The notes under the pieces are model-generated. The model was not told the origin of the DNA, did not search any database, and worked only from the letters and a program-made list of their open reading frames with translations. From an uncultured Planctomycetia bacterium (GTDB taxonomy: Bacteria; Omnitrophota; Gorgyraeia; 2-02-FULL-51-18), in NCBI GenBank assembly GCA_964431835.1, contig CAYSKO010000006.1:59457-123456 (forward strand): a DNA stretch of 64,000 nt. Reading direction: 5' to 3'. A program made the translations under genes and the position numbers. This document shows positions 22,412 to 31,701 of the stretch, one piece after another (position 1 is the first letter of the stretch; every line of letters begins with the position of its first letter).

Positions 22412-23194
22412 ATGAAAACTCCGAGCGGCATCGTTTACGAAGACAACGGTCTCTCCGGCACGCCGGTGGTGTTCATCCACGGCTTTCCCTTCAACCGCCA
22501 CCTGTGGGACCCGCAGTTCGCGGCTCTGCGGAAGTCGCGTCGTGTCGTGACGTACGACGTGCGCGGGCACGGGGAGAGCGAGGAAGGGGACGGCCAGTAT
22601 TCGATCGAGCTTTTCGTGGACGACCTTTTCGCGCTGCTGGATCACCTTAAGATCGAGAAGGCGGTTCTCTGTGGGCTTTCGATGGGCGGCTACATCGCGC
22701 TTCGCGCGGCCGAGCGCGAACCCGCGCGCGTGGCGGGGCTCGTTCTCGCCGACACCAAAAGCGAGCCGGATGGCAACGAGGCGAAGCTGAAGAGGTTCAA
22801 GACGATGGATCTCGTGAAGCGGCTGGGAGTCGAGAAGTTCGCCGACGACTTCGTGGATTCGGTGGTGGGCGCGACCACGCTCAAGAAAAACCACGCGCTC
22901 GTGGACGAGGTCGCGAAACTCGTGCGCGGGAACTCCGCGAACGCGGTCGCGGGCACGCTCCTCGCGCTCGCGGCGCGCACCGACACGACACCCGCCTTAG
23001 GCAAGATGAAATTCCCCGTTCTTCTCCTCGTGGGGGCCGAGGATAAGCTCACGCCGCCGGCGGCGTCGGAAGCGATGCAGAAACTGCTCCCACAGGCCGA
23101 GCTCCACGTGATCCCCGGCGCGGGGCACCTCTCGAATCTCGAAAACGCGCCCGCGTTCAACGAGAAGCTCACGGCGTTCCTGGGGAGGTTCTAA
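22412..23194 (+). CDS. Alpha/beta-fold hydrolase (enol-lactonase/esterase-like)
   Basis: 260 aa; HGFPFN oxyanion region, GLSMGG nucleophile elbow, C-terminal GAGHLSNLE. Confidence 0.85.
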   Translation: MKTPSGIVYEDNGLSGTPVVFIHGFPFNRHLWDPQFAALRKSRRVVTYDVRGHGESEEGDGQYSIELFVDDLFALLDHLKIEKAVLCGLSMGGYIALRAAEREPARVAGLVLADTKSEPDGNEAKLKRFKTMDLVKRLGVEKFADDFVDSVVGATTLKKNHALVDEVAKLVRGNSANAVAGTLLALAARTDTTPALGKMKFPVLLLVGAEDKLTPPAASEAMQKLLPQAELHVIPGAGHLSNLENAPAFNEKLTAFLGRF

Positions 23195-23196
23195 AA

Positions 23197-23553
23197 GTGA
23201 CCGGACCCGTCTGGTTCGTGTTCAAAATGCTTTTTTCGGGCGCGGTCATCGCGTTCGCCTCGTCGCTCGCGGGAAAGAAGCCCGTGCTCGCGGGGTTCAT
23301 CATCGCGCTCCCCATGATGTCGATGATGAGCCTCCTCTTCATGTACGCGGAGTACCGCGACATGGCGAAGGCGAACACGTTCGCGCTCTCGGTGCTCGCG
23401 GCCGTGCCGCTCTCGCTTCTTTTCTTCCTGCCGTTCGTTTTGCACCGCTGGATGAAGCTCGGATTCGGGGCGACGTACCTGGCGGGAATCGTCTGCGTGA
23501 CGCTCGGCTATCTCGCGCACTCTCTGCTCGCGAAACGGTTTTTTCTCCAGTAG
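23197..23553 (+). CDS. Small hydrophobic membrane protein (3-4 TM), unknown function
   Basis: 118 aa; GTG start 3 nt after the hydrolase stop. Confidence 0.45.
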   Translation: MTGPVWFVFKMLFSGAVIAFASSLAGKKPVLAGFIIALPMMSMMSLLFMYAEYRDMAKANTFALSVLAAVPLSLLFFLPFVLHRWMKLGFGATYLAGIVCVTLGYLAHSLLAKRFFLQ

Positions 23554-23626
23554 CCTCGCCGATCCGGTCTTTTTTTTCGGTGTCGGTTGTGGTAAAATAG
23601 AACTCATTCCGATCCACCTCTACCCC

Positions 23627-24109
23627 ATGATCGATATCTCCAAAATAACGGACCATCTGTACGTCGGCTCGAAAGTTGGGTCGGACCACGCCGAAGAACT
23701 GAAGCTTCTGAACTTCGGCCTGATCATCTCCATGATCGGACAGTCCGCGCCGCACGAGATCTACATGCTGCCTCCGTTCAAGACGATCTGGATCCGCGCG
23801 TACGACACTTTCTTCACGCCCATTTCCCTGAAACAGCTCCAAAGCGGCGTCGACGCGGCGTTGCCCGTGATCCACGGCGGCGGAAAGGTGCTCGTTTTCT
23901 GCCTACAGGGGAGGCGTCGCAGCGTGACGATGGCAGCCGCGATCCTGATCGCCCTCGGCGCTTCCGCCGACGAGGCCACGGAGCTCCTCGTGAAAGCGCG
24001 CAAGGTCGCCGACCCGCGCCGTTGGTATGTCCGGCATAAAATCCATGAATTCGAAAAATACTGGCGGGGCTCGAACCCCGCTCCCCTTCCAGGAGGCACC
24101 CTCAAGTGA
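23627..24109 (+). CDS. Dual-specificity/tyrosine protein phosphatase-like
   Basis: 160 aa; CX5R(S) P-loop VFCLQGRRRSV. Confidence 0.6.
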   Translation: MIDISKITDHLYVGSKVGSDHAEELKLLNFGLIISMIGQSAPHEIYMLPPFKTIWIRAYDTFFTPISLKQLQSGVDAALPVIHGGGKVLVFCLQGRRRSVTMAAAILIALGASADEATELLVKARKVADPRRWYVRHKIHEFEKYWRGSNPAPLPGGTLK

Positions 24110-25062
24110 TTACCCCCGTTAAGAAGCTTAAAACGGTCCACGTGATCGTCAATCCTATCGCGGGAAAAAAGAAAGAGTCCACGCCCGAAGTCATCCGCGA
24201 GGCGATGGAACGCGCGGGAATCGTGGTTGTTCTTTCCACCACCGAGGGAGCCGGCGACGCGCTGCGCTTCGCGAAGGAAGCGGTGGAGAGCGGCGCGGAC
24301 GCGGTGGCGGTCTGCGGCGGAGACGGGACCGTTCTCGAGGTCGGCAACGGTCTCGTGGAGTCGGACATCCCGCTCTTGATCCTGCCCGGCGGCTCGGCGA
24401 ACGTACTCGCGACTGAGTTGGGAATCCCGAAAAGTGTCGAGGAGGCGTGCGGAATTCTCGCCGAGAGCCGCTACGAAATTCGCAGCATCGACGCGGCTCG
24501 GTTTCATAAGGGGTGTTTCTTCGGCCGCGCGGCGCTCGGTTTCGAGGCCGACATGGTCCGGAGCGCCGACCGCAAAACGAAGAACCGCTTCGGGGTTCTT
24601 GCGTATTTCGTCGCCGGCCTGCGTGCGCTGAAGAAGCTGCGGCTCGCCGAATACACGATCCGTATCGACGGCGAGGATTATTTCACGCGCGGGCTCACCT
24701 GCATCGTCACAAACGCGGGGAACTTGGGTTTCAGCCGCGTCTCGCTCGACAAGAACGTCGACGTCTCGGACGGGCTTCTCGACGTCATCGTCGTCAAGAA
24801 GGCGAGCCTCGGTCTCGTCGGCCACATCGCCGCGACGTTTTGGCGGGGCGAACGGGCCGACAACTGGGACCTCGTCGCGCATTGGCAGGGGAAGGACATC
24901 CACGTGACCTCCAAACCCCGGCAAAGGCTCGAGTGCGACGGCGAAATGTTCGACAATGCCCCTTTTCACGCGCAGGTAATCGCGGGCGGGCTCCGGATGG
25001 TCGTCCCCAAGGCCGCTCCGAAGCTCGAGGAAACGCCGGCCGTCGCCGATGCCGCCGTCTGA
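24106..25062 (+). CDS. Diacylglycerol-kinase-catalytic-domain lipid kinase (YegS/BmrU family)
   Basis: 318 aa; VCGGDGTVLEV motif. Confidence 0.8.
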   Translation: MITPVKKLKTVHVIVNPIAGKKKESTPEVIREAMERAGIVVVLSTTEGAGDALRFAKEAVESGADAVAVCGGDGTVLEVGNGLVESDIPLLILPGGSANVLATELGIPKSVEEACGILAESRYEIRSIDAARFHKGCFFGRAALGFEADMVRSADRKTKNRFGVLAYFVAGLRALKKLRLAEYTIRIDGEDYFTRGLTCIVTNAGNLGFSRVSLDKNVDVSDGLLDVIVVKKASLGLVGHIAATFWRGERADNWDLVAHWQGKDIHVTSKPRQRLECDGEMFDNAPFHAQVIAGGLRMVVPKAAPKLEETPAVADAAV

Positions 25063-25141
25063 TTCGGCGCACTCTGGCGGCGCTCGTGCGGGCGTACTCG
25101 CAGTGGAAGTGAAGACCGCGTCGCAAGACCACAAGAACACG

Positions 25142-25501
25142 ATGAAGGAGATCGTGCGCTACTGTCTCGTGACTCCGTTCGTCGGTCTCGTGGATTTCGG
25201 GACCTATTACGGCGCGCAGCACGTGATGCCTCTCGCCGCGGCCAAGGCGCTCTCTTTCGCGGCGGCGGCCGTCACGGGGTATCTTCTTAACAAGCACGTC
25301 ACGTTCGCGAAGCACCGGTCTTCTCCGGCGGAGGCCGCCCGGTATCTCGTCATCCAGTTCTCCCTGCTGGCGTTCAACGTCGCCACGAATCACGCCGCGC
25401 TTCTCCTTTCTTCGGGCCGCGTGTGGGAATCGATGCTCACGGCGTCGCTCCTGACGGCCGTCTTGAGCTTCATCTGCAAGAAGTGGTGGGTTTTCCGGTA
25501 A
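25142..25501 (+). CDS. GtrA-family membrane protein
   Basis: Start at MKEIVRYCLVTPFVGLVDFGTYY; 4 TM helices; the track ORF starts upstream at 25049. Confidence 0.55.
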   Translation: MKEIVRYCLVTPFVGLVDFGTYYGAQHVMPLAAAKALSFAAAAVTGYLLNKHVTFAKHRSSPAEAARYLVIQFSLLAFNVATNHAALLLSSGRVWESMLTASLLTAVLSFICKKWWVFR

Positions 25502-25518
25502 CGTTGTAGAATGGGCGC

Positions 25519-26295
25519 ATGAATCCCGTCACGGTCATCGCCCGAAGCAAGGCCAAGCCCGGTTTCGAGCCCGTGCTCGAAGCGGTGATTCGCGCCGCCG
25601 TCACGCCGACGCACGCGGAAGAAGGCTGTCTCAAGTACTCCTTTCAGCGCTGCCTCGAAGACCCCTCCTCGTACGTGATCGTCGAAAAGTGGACCTCGAA
25701 GGAGGCGCTCGACCTCCACCTGACCTCTCCCCATATCGCCGAACTTTTCTCCAAACTGCCCGACCTCCTCGCGGGCCCCCCTGAAATCCAGCTGTTCGAG
25801 TCGCTCGACGCCGGGGATCCGGAGAAAGCGGATATCGTCTCGAAGTACACGACGTTCGTCTATCCCGTCTATGTCCTGGGCACGCCCGAAAAAGTGTGGC
25901 AGGCGCTCGTGGATCCCGATCTGACGGAGAAGTATTTTTTCGGCCGCCGGGTCGAATCGTCCTGGAGGGTAGGCACGCCGATCAACTTCTGGGAAGCGCC
26001 GGGCAAGCGGGACGTTTTCGGAAAAATCCTGAAGTGCGAGCCGGGCAAAACGCTCTCCTACACGTTCGAACACGATCAGGACACGCTGCCGCGCGAAAAA
26101 TCGACCGTCGCGACGTTCGAGCTCTCCGCCGTAGGAAATGCGACGCGTCTGCGCCTGGTGCATGAACACCTTCTCCCGCGCGACGTCGAATTGAACCCGC
26201 ACGCGTTCCTCGGCGTCAACAACGGCTGGCCCGCGATCCTTTCGAACCTGAAGAACGTCGTCGAGACGGGCAAAAGCCTCGAATTCGGAAGCTGA
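25519..26295 (+). CDS. Fusion of an ABM (antibiotic biosynthesis monooxygenase-like) domain and an SRPBCC/AHSA1 domain
   Basis: N-terminal ~100 aa VIARSKAKPGFEPVLEAV...YVIVEKWTSKEALDLHLTSPH (ABM-like); C-terminal ~150 aa with the TPEKVWQALVDPDLTEKYF SRPBCC signature. Confidence 0.6.
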   Translation: MNPVTVIARSKAKPGFEPVLEAVIRAAVTPTHAEEGCLKYSFQRCLEDPSSYVIVEKWTSKEALDLHLTSPHIAELFSKLPDLLAGPPEIQLFESLDAGDPEKADIVSKYTTFVYPVYVLGTPEKVWQALVDPDLTEKYFFGRRVESSWRVGTPINFWEAPGKRDVFGKILKCEPGKTLSYTFEHDQDTLPREKSTVATFELSAVGNATRLRLVHEHLLPRDVELNPHAFLGVNNGWPAILSNLKNVVETGKSLEFGS

Positions 26296-26305
26296 CGTTC
26301 GTCGC

Positions 26306-26884
26306 ATGAGCCGCTGCCCCTGGCCCGCCGAAGATCCTCTTATGCTGGAGTACCACGACCGCGAGTGGGGCGTTCCGCTCCACGCCGACCGGCGGCTCTT
26401 CGAATTCCTGGTGCTCGAGACGATGCAGGCGGGGCTTTCCTGGCGCTGCGTGCTTCACAAGCGGGAGAATTTCAGGAAGGCGTACGAGGGGTTCGACCCT
26501 GAGAAGGTCGCGCGCTACGGGGCGGCGAAGACGAAGGCGCTCCTTGCGAACGCCGGAATCATCCGGAACCGCTTGAAGATCGCAGCTTCGATCACGAACG
26601 CACGGGCGTTCCTCGAAATCCGCGAGGAAGAGGGTTCGTTCGATTCCTACGTCTGGAAATTCACGGGCGGGAAACCGGTCGTGAACCGCTGGAAGACGGT
26701 GAAAGAGATTCCGGCCACGACCAAAGAATCGGACGCGCTTTCGAAGGATTTAAAGGCGAGGGGATTTCGTTTCGTCGGTTCGACCGTCTGCTACGCGCAC
26801 ATGCAGGCGACCGGAATGGTGAACGATCATCTCGTCTCGTGCTTTCGTCACGCGGACTGCGCGAAATCGATCACGAAGCGGTAA
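26306..26884 (+). CDS. tag: DNA-3-methyladenine glycosylase I
   Basis: 192 aa; CPWPAEDPLMLEYHDREWGVP and ETMQAGLSWRCVLHKRENFRKAYEGFD. Confidence 0.85.
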   Translation: MSRCPWPAEDPLMLEYHDREWGVPLHADRRLFEFLVLETMQAGLSWRCVLHKRENFRKAYEGFDPEKVARYGAAKTKALLANAGIIRNRLKIAASITNARAFLEIREEEGSFDSYVWKFTGGKPVVNRWKTVKEIPATTKESDALSKDLKARGFRFVGSTVCYAHMQATGMVNDHLVSCFRHADCAKSITKR

Positions 26885-27927
26885 CGCACGTCGCTCTTCA
26901 CGGTCCGTTCGAACGCCTCGTCGATGCGTTCGGGCGAAACCACCTCTACGTCCGCCGAAATTCCCGCCGCCGCACAAAAATCGAGCATTTCCTGCGTCTC
27001 CCGGATGCCTCCGATCAGAGAACCCGCGAGCTTCCGGCGCCGCATGACGAGTGCGGACGCGTCGACCGGGGTCGGGTCGGGGATTCCGACGAGCACCATC
27101 GTGCAGTCGCGTTTCAAGAGCCGCAGATACGCGTTGTAGTCGTGCGTCGCCGAGACGGTGTCGAGAAGGAAGTCGAAACGACCCGCGTTCCGCGCGAACG
27201 GATCCGCTTCCTCGGACGTGCCTCCCTCGGATTTCACGGATTTCGTCGCGATGAAATCGTCGGCGCCCAGGCGGAACGCGTCGGCGCGCTTGGAAGGGGA
27301 GTGGCTGAGGACCGTGACGCGCGCTCCCATGGCCTTGGCGATCTTCACCCCCATGTGCCCGAGCCCGCCCAGGCCCACAATACCGATCTCCTGACCCTTC
27401 TTCACGCCGTAGCGTTTGAGCGGCGAGTAGGTCGTGATCCCGGCGCAGAGAAGCGGGGCGGCCCCTTCGAGCGGCAGTCCCGCGGGGATTCGGAGGACGA
27501 AATCCTCGTTCACTGTCATCCGCGCCGAATAGCCGCCGTACGTGGGCGTCTTGCCGTCGCGTTCGAAGCTGTTGTAAGTGAACGACGGCTTGTTCGCGCA
27601 AAACTGCTCTTCGCCGTCGCCGCACGCTTCGCAGGTGCGACAGGAATCTACCATGCACCCGACGCCCACGACGTCTCCCGCGCGCCATTTCGTGACGGCC
27701 GCGCCGACGCCCGACACCTTCCCGACGATCTCGTGGCCGGGAACCATCGGAAAAATGCCGCCGCCCCACTCGTCGCGGGCCTGGTGGATGTCCGAATGGC
27801 AGATGCCGCAGTAAAGGACGTCGATCGAAACGTCCCGGGGGCCGGGTGAGCGCCGTTCGACGACGTGTCGGACGAACGGGCCGTTCGGAGTCAGGACCGC
27901 GTAAGCGTGGGTTGGGAGAGTCGGCAT
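26848..27927 (-). CDS. Zn-dependent NAD(P)-alcohol dehydrogenase (cinnamyl-alcohol-DH-like)
   Basis: 359 aa; GICHSDIH, GHEIVG, structural-Zn CxxCxxC...C, GLGGLGHMGVKIAKAMG Rossmann motif; 37-nt convergent overlap with tag. Confidence 0.85.
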   Translation of the reverse strand: MPTLPTHAYAVLTPNGPFVRHVVERRSPGPRDVSIDVLYCGICHSDIHQARDEWGGGIFPMVPGHEIVGKVSGVGAAVTKWRAGDVVGVGCMVDSCRTCEACGDGEEQFCANKPSFTYNSFERDGKTPTYGGYSARMTVNEDFVLRIPAGLPLEGAAPLLCAGITTYSPLKRYGVKKGQEIGIVGLGGLGHMGVKIAKAMGARVTVLSHSPSKRADAFRLGADDFIATKSVKSEGGTSEEADPFARNAGRFDFLLDTVSATHDYNAYLRLLKRDCTMVLVGIPDPTPVDASALVMRRRKLAGSLIGGIRETQEMLDFCAAAGISADVEVVSPERIDEAFERTVKSDVRYRFVIDFAQSA

Positions 27928-27988
27928 AGAAAGAACTTATAACATATTCCATTAGAGGTGCATTAAAATAGCATTAAAAGGAGCGGCC

Positions 27989-28549
27989 GTGCTTTTAGCG
28001 TTCCACAAGCCTTTCGGGGTTCTTTCCCAGTTTACGAAACAGGCGCCCGATCACTTGACGCTCGCCGAGTTTGGGTTCCCGGAAGACGTGTACCCGATCG
28101 GACGCCTCGATTCGGACAGCGAGGGCCTTCTCCTTTTGAGCGACGAGCCGGAATGGAACGACTGGCTGCTCAATCCCCGGCACGCGCACGAGCGCACGTA
28201 CCACGCGCAGGTGGAAGGGGTGGCGGTCGAAGAGGCGATGGCGAAGTTGCGGTTGGGAGTCGCGATTCAGGATTGGAAGACGAAGCCCTGCAAGGCGCGT
28301 CTCCTGGAGGATCCGGGCCATCCGCCGCGGAGCGTTCCCATTCGCTTCCGTAAAGCCATTCCGACGAGTTGGATCGAATTGACGCTCATCGAAGGAAAGA
28401 ATCGGCAGGTGCGTAAAATGACCGCGGCCGTGGGGTTTCCCACGCTCCGGCTCATTCGGGTCGCGATGAACGGTCTGCCGCTCGACCTCGCCGCCGGAAA
28501 GTGGCGGGAGCTGGGGATTCCGGAACGCGAAATACTGCTCAAGTCATAA
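27989..28549 (+). CDS. Pseudouridine synthase, RsuA/RluE family
   Basis: GTG start with SD AAAAGGA; IGRLDSDSEGLLLLSDE catalytic-Asp motif. Confidence 0.75.
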   Translation: MLLAFHKPFGVLSQFTKQAPDHLTLAEFGFPEDVYPIGRLDSDSEGLLLLSDEPEWNDWLLNPRHAHERTYHAQVEGVAVEEAMAKLRLGVAIQDWKTKPCKARLLEDPGHPPRSVPIRFRKAIPTSWIELTLIEGKNRQVRKMTAAVGFPTLRLIRVAMNGLPLDLAAGKWRELGIPEREILLKS

Positions 28550-28561
28550 AAGGAGAACGCG

Positions 28562-29317
28562 ATGAACGAAGGCTGGAACGGCAATCCCTGGATCGAATCG
28601 TTCGTAAGGCCCCGCCGGGCGCTCGAGAAGCTCCGTGACGGCGGTTTCACCGAGGCGCAGGCGTTCGGCCTCTACTTCCTGGGTTCGCTGGCGAGCGCGG
28701 CCGCCGGTGTGATGTTCCCGGACACCAGCGATTTTCGCTTCGGTGTGCCGGGCTTCGCTGCGGCGCACGTTTTTTCGCTCGTTCTTTATTGGCCGATGTC
28801 TTACGCGCTTCTGGCCGGAGTGAAGCTTTTCCGGGGGAACGCGACTTCGAAGGAAATCCGGCTTTTTCTGGGATGGACGCTCCTGCCGGATTTTTTGTGC
28901 GTGCTGCTTTTCCTTCCGCTTTTCGTTCTGAAGACGATGGGCGTGCTGACGGCGGCGGGATCCGTGCTCATCGTCATCGGGCTCATCAAAACGTTCATCC
29001 AGTTCTACAAGATCGTGTTGTCGGTGATCGGTCTTTCAGCTATCGGCCGCTTTTCCAAGCTCAAGTCGACTGCGAGCCTGCTTCTGGGCGCAATCCTCGT
29101 GATGGGGCCGCTTCTTTTGCTGCGGCCGGTGCTCGAGAAGCCCATCGGTGCGCTTCTGGGCAAATACGACACCGCCCCGGCTGCCGCGCCCGAGCTTTCC
29201 GCTCCGCCCGCGCCCGGCGAATTGCCGTCCGTGCCCACTCTGGCGACCCCTGCAGCGCCGTCCGCGGCTCCCGCAGCAAACCCGGCGCCCCCCGCGGCCC
29301 CGGAGGGGTCCGTCTAG
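28562..29317 (+). CDS. Membrane protein with Pro/Ala-rich C-terminal tail, unknown function
   Basis: 251 aa; 5 predicted TM helices, then PAAAPELSAPPAPGELPSVPTLATPAAPSAAPAANPAPPAAPEGSV. Confidence 0.5.
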   Translation: MNEGWNGNPWIESFVRPRRALEKLRDGGFTEAQAFGLYFLGSLASAAAGVMFPDTSDFRFGVPGFAAAHVFSLVLYWPMSYALLAGVKLFRGNATSKEIRLFLGWTLLPDFLCVLLFLPLFVLKTMGVLTAAGSVLIVIGLIKTFIQFYKIVLSVIGLSAIGRFSKLKSTASLLLGAILVMGPLLLLRPVLEKPIGALLGKYDTAPAAAPELSAPPAPGELPSVPTLATPAAPSAAPAANPAPPAAPEGSV

Positions 29318-29377
29318 AATTTTGCTTCCCATCCGCCCGCGGCAGGGTACAATAGGGGGCTAACAAAGGATGAATCC

Positions 29378-29518
29378 ATGAGACCTCAAGGCAACAACAT
29401 GTTCCGGAACCACGAGACGAAGAAAGAGAAGCCCACGCAGAACGACAAGCTGTACAACTACATCCAAAAGATGAAGCGTCAGCAGGCCGCCGCCAGCCAG
29501 AAGAAGGCCTCCGCTTAA
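29378..29518 (+). CDS. Small basic 46-aa protein (MRPQGNNMFRNHETKKEKPTQNDKLYNYIQKMKRQQAAASQKKASA)
   Basis: Hand-translated; TACAAT box at 29347-29352, SD AAAGGA 7 nt upstream, strong terminator downstream. Confidence 0.45.
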   Translation: MRPQGNNMFRNHETKKEKPTQNDKLYNYIQKMKRQQAAASQKKASA

Positions 29519-29534
29519 GCTCGTTCTCTCCGAA

Positions 29535-29573
29535 AAACCAAAGCAGGCCCCCTGGCCCGCTTTGGTTTTTTTA
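29535..29573 (+). terminator. Rho-independent terminator AAACCAAAGC-aggccccctggcc-GCTTTGGTTT plus T-run
   Basis: 10-bp stem followed by TTTTTT. Confidence 0.7.
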
Positions 29574-29676
29574 TTCCCGATCCACCGAGATTGGTTTCTT
29601 TTAATGCCTTTCTAATCCAACGCTAATCGCCCGGCTGTATCATACCCTACTCGACAAAAAATCAAACGGGGGCATC

Positions 29677-30819
29677 ATGAAGAAGCCGGGTTTTATCCTT
29701 TTTTTAGCGGGCGTGTTCTTTTTCTCTACTTCTGAAAATCTTTTATCAGCGGCGAGTTCGACCGAAGATCGTCCGACCGGGCCGGACGGTTTTACGGTCG
29801 CCCAAGAAAAAAGCCGCAACGCGGCGGTCGCGTTTTCCGAGATGCAGCCGGGCGCGCCTTCCGGAAACCTGCCGGCGCAGCCTGAGCCCGGCGTCGTCCC
29901 TCTGCCGGCCAAGGGTTCTTTCGCGAATCCAGGACGCCTCTTCTCGCCGAGCTCGTTTTGGAACGCCGCCCTCGCTCCGGGTCGGAAACTAAATCCCAAT
30001 TCCGCGGCGCTCGTCGGGGAGCTCGTGGCGAAGACCAAGTTAGGGGTGCCGCTCCTGCAGAACCGCAAGCACGGCACACCGCTCTTTTTCGTGAACGACC
30101 AAACGCCGAAAGCGCCGGTGTCGGTAATCACGCCCGCCGGCGTCCTTTTGAAGGACTCCAAGCTTCACGCCGAGTTCCGGAAGGGGGTCCCGATCCCCGC
30201 GAATATCGCGGAAGCCGCCGGAAACGACGGTCTGCCCACGATCCTGAACGTCGATACTGGGAAGCTTTACGAATTCCGGCGGCTCGAAAAGAAGAACGGC
30301 CAGTGGCGGACGAGCTGGGGTGGGATCATCGACGACGTAAAGTCCTCGAACGGCGTGATGCCGATCGTGAAGAATCCGGTCGGCAGGTCCGAGAAGTGGG
30401 GCGCGACGGCCTCAGGCCTTCCGGCGATCGGCGGGACCATCCTCCTGCACGAGTTGAAAAGCGGGAAGATCCCGCACGCCCTCTCTCTGGCGATTCCGTA
30501 CCCGAAGAACTCCTTCGTGTGGCCCGCCGCGCGCGCCGACGGAGGCATCCCGAAGGCGAGCGGCATCCCCGAGGGCTTGCGTTTCCGCCTGCCGAAAAAC
30601 ACCGCGATCGATCCGAAATGGAGCCCCCTCATCCAGATGATGGTCGCGGCCGCGCGGGATTACGGGATCGTGGTGAGCGACGCCGCCGCCTCCGTGACGT
30701 TCTTCGGCGAGGATCCCACTCCGTACGGCGGCGACCCGTACCGGCCGTACTACGGCGGTCTCCAGGCATGGGACGTGATGGAGCAGTTCCCGTTCGGGAA
30801 GCTGCAGGCGCTGGCTTAA
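29677..30819 (+). CDS. Secreted hypothetical protein (signal peptide), unknown function
   Basis: 380 aa; N-terminal MKKPGFILFLAGVFFFSTS; no recognisable catalytic motif. Confidence 0.5.
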   Translation: MKKPGFILFLAGVFFFSTSENLLSAASSTEDRPTGPDGFTVAQEKSRNAAVAFSEMQPGAPSGNLPAQPEPGVVPLPAKGSFANPGRLFSPSSFWNAALAPGRKLNPNSAALVGELVAKTKLGVPLLQNRKHGTPLFFVNDQTPKAPVSVITPAGVLLKDSKLHAEFRKGVPIPANIAEAAGNDGLPTILNVDTGKLYEFRRLEKKNGQWRTSWGGIIDDVKSSNGVMPIVKNPVGRSEKWGATASGLPAIGGTILLHELKSGKIPHALSLAIPYPKNSFVWPAARADGGIPKASGIPEGLRFRLPKNTAIDPKWSPLIQMMVAAARDYGIVVSDAAASVTFFGEDPTPYGGDPYRPYYGGLQAWDVMEQFPFGKLQALA

Positions 30820-30866
30820 GCGGCGGGGCTTCTGGCCCAGCCTTTTTTTTGTTACAATGGCTCCCG

Positions 30867-31163
30867 GTGCTTCCTTCCAGCGTACGAACGTTCCTGGCCG
30901 GGGTGAAGAGCGAGCTTAAGACCTACCGGCTCGTCCTCGAGCACCCCCGTACCCCCAAACGGGCCAAATGGCTTTTGGGGTTCGCCCTCGCTTACGTCGC
31001 TTCTCCGATCGACCTCATCCCAGACTTCATTCCCGTTCTCGGCCAGCTGGACGACTGGGCGGTTGCCGTTTTTCTCGTGCGATCCGCTCTCAAAATGATC
31101 CCTCCGGGAGTATTCGAGGAATGCCGGGCGAAAGCCTGCGCCATCGAGACCGGCGGTTCTTAA
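30867..31163 (+). CDS. DUF1232 (YkvA-like) small membrane protein
   Basis: YVASPIDLIPDFIPVLGQLDDWAVAVFLV signature; GTG start 9 nt after a TACAAT box (probably leaderless). The 401-aa track ORF 29958..31163 is otherwise low-complexity. Confidence 0.55.
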   Translation: MLPSSVRTFLAGVKSELKTYRLVLEHPRTPKRAKWLLGFALAYVASPIDLIPDFIPVLGQLDDWAVAVFLVRSALKMIPPGVFEECRAKACAIETGGS

Positions 31164-31230
31164 CACAAAATTAACTCGCCCCCGTGTCGTTGGAGGCTAT
31201 AATCGAAGGCGGAAAAGAGGAAGGTCTTCG

Positions 31231-31701
31231 ATGATTCTCGAAAAAATTCAGTCTCTGCTTCGGAAGCGCTCGTTTCTGAGCGTGGCCACGGCCAGCAAGA
31301 ACTGCGAGCCACACGCGGCTCCGAAGTTCGTTTTGAAGCTGTCCGAGGGAGATCTATTCCTCATCGACTACGCGATCGCCAAGACCGCCGAGAACATCCG
31401 CGCGAACCCGCGCGTCTCGGTGTCGTTCATGGACTTGGACGAACTCGAGGGTTACCGGCTGAGCGGCCCGGCCTCGCTCGTCGAAGACGGCCCGGAGCAC
31501 GAGGTGCTTCTCAAGGAATTCGACCAGAGGCTCCTCAAACTCTCGGCGGACCGTTTCATTGAGGGCATGAAGAGCGGCAAGCAGACCGGGCACTACGAGC
31601 TTGAGATCCCGAACAAGGTCATCGTGATCAAAGTCAAAGTGGACGAGGTCGTCCGCATCGGACGGCAAGGCGAACTTTTCAAGGAGAAACCCGGAATATG
31701 A
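31231..31701 (+). CDS. Pyridoxamine 5'-phosphate oxidase-like FMN-binding split-barrel protein
   Basis: 156 aa; FLSVATASKNCEPHAAPK...LIDYAIAKTAENIRANPRVSV. Confidence 0.65.
   Translation: MILEKIQSLLRKRSFLSVATASKNCEPHAAPKFVLKLSEGDLFLIDYAIAKTAENIRANPRVSVSFMDLDELEGYRLSGPASLVEDGPEHEVLLKEFDQRLLKLSADRFIEGMKSGKQTGHYELEIPNKVIVIKVKVDEVVRIGRQGELFKEKPGI

Noticed and set aside
29958-30866. Upstream 300 codons of ORF 29958..31163
   Set aside because: They overlap the secreted-protein gene 29677..30819 in another frame and are Arg-rich; only the C-terminal DUF1232 part is coding.
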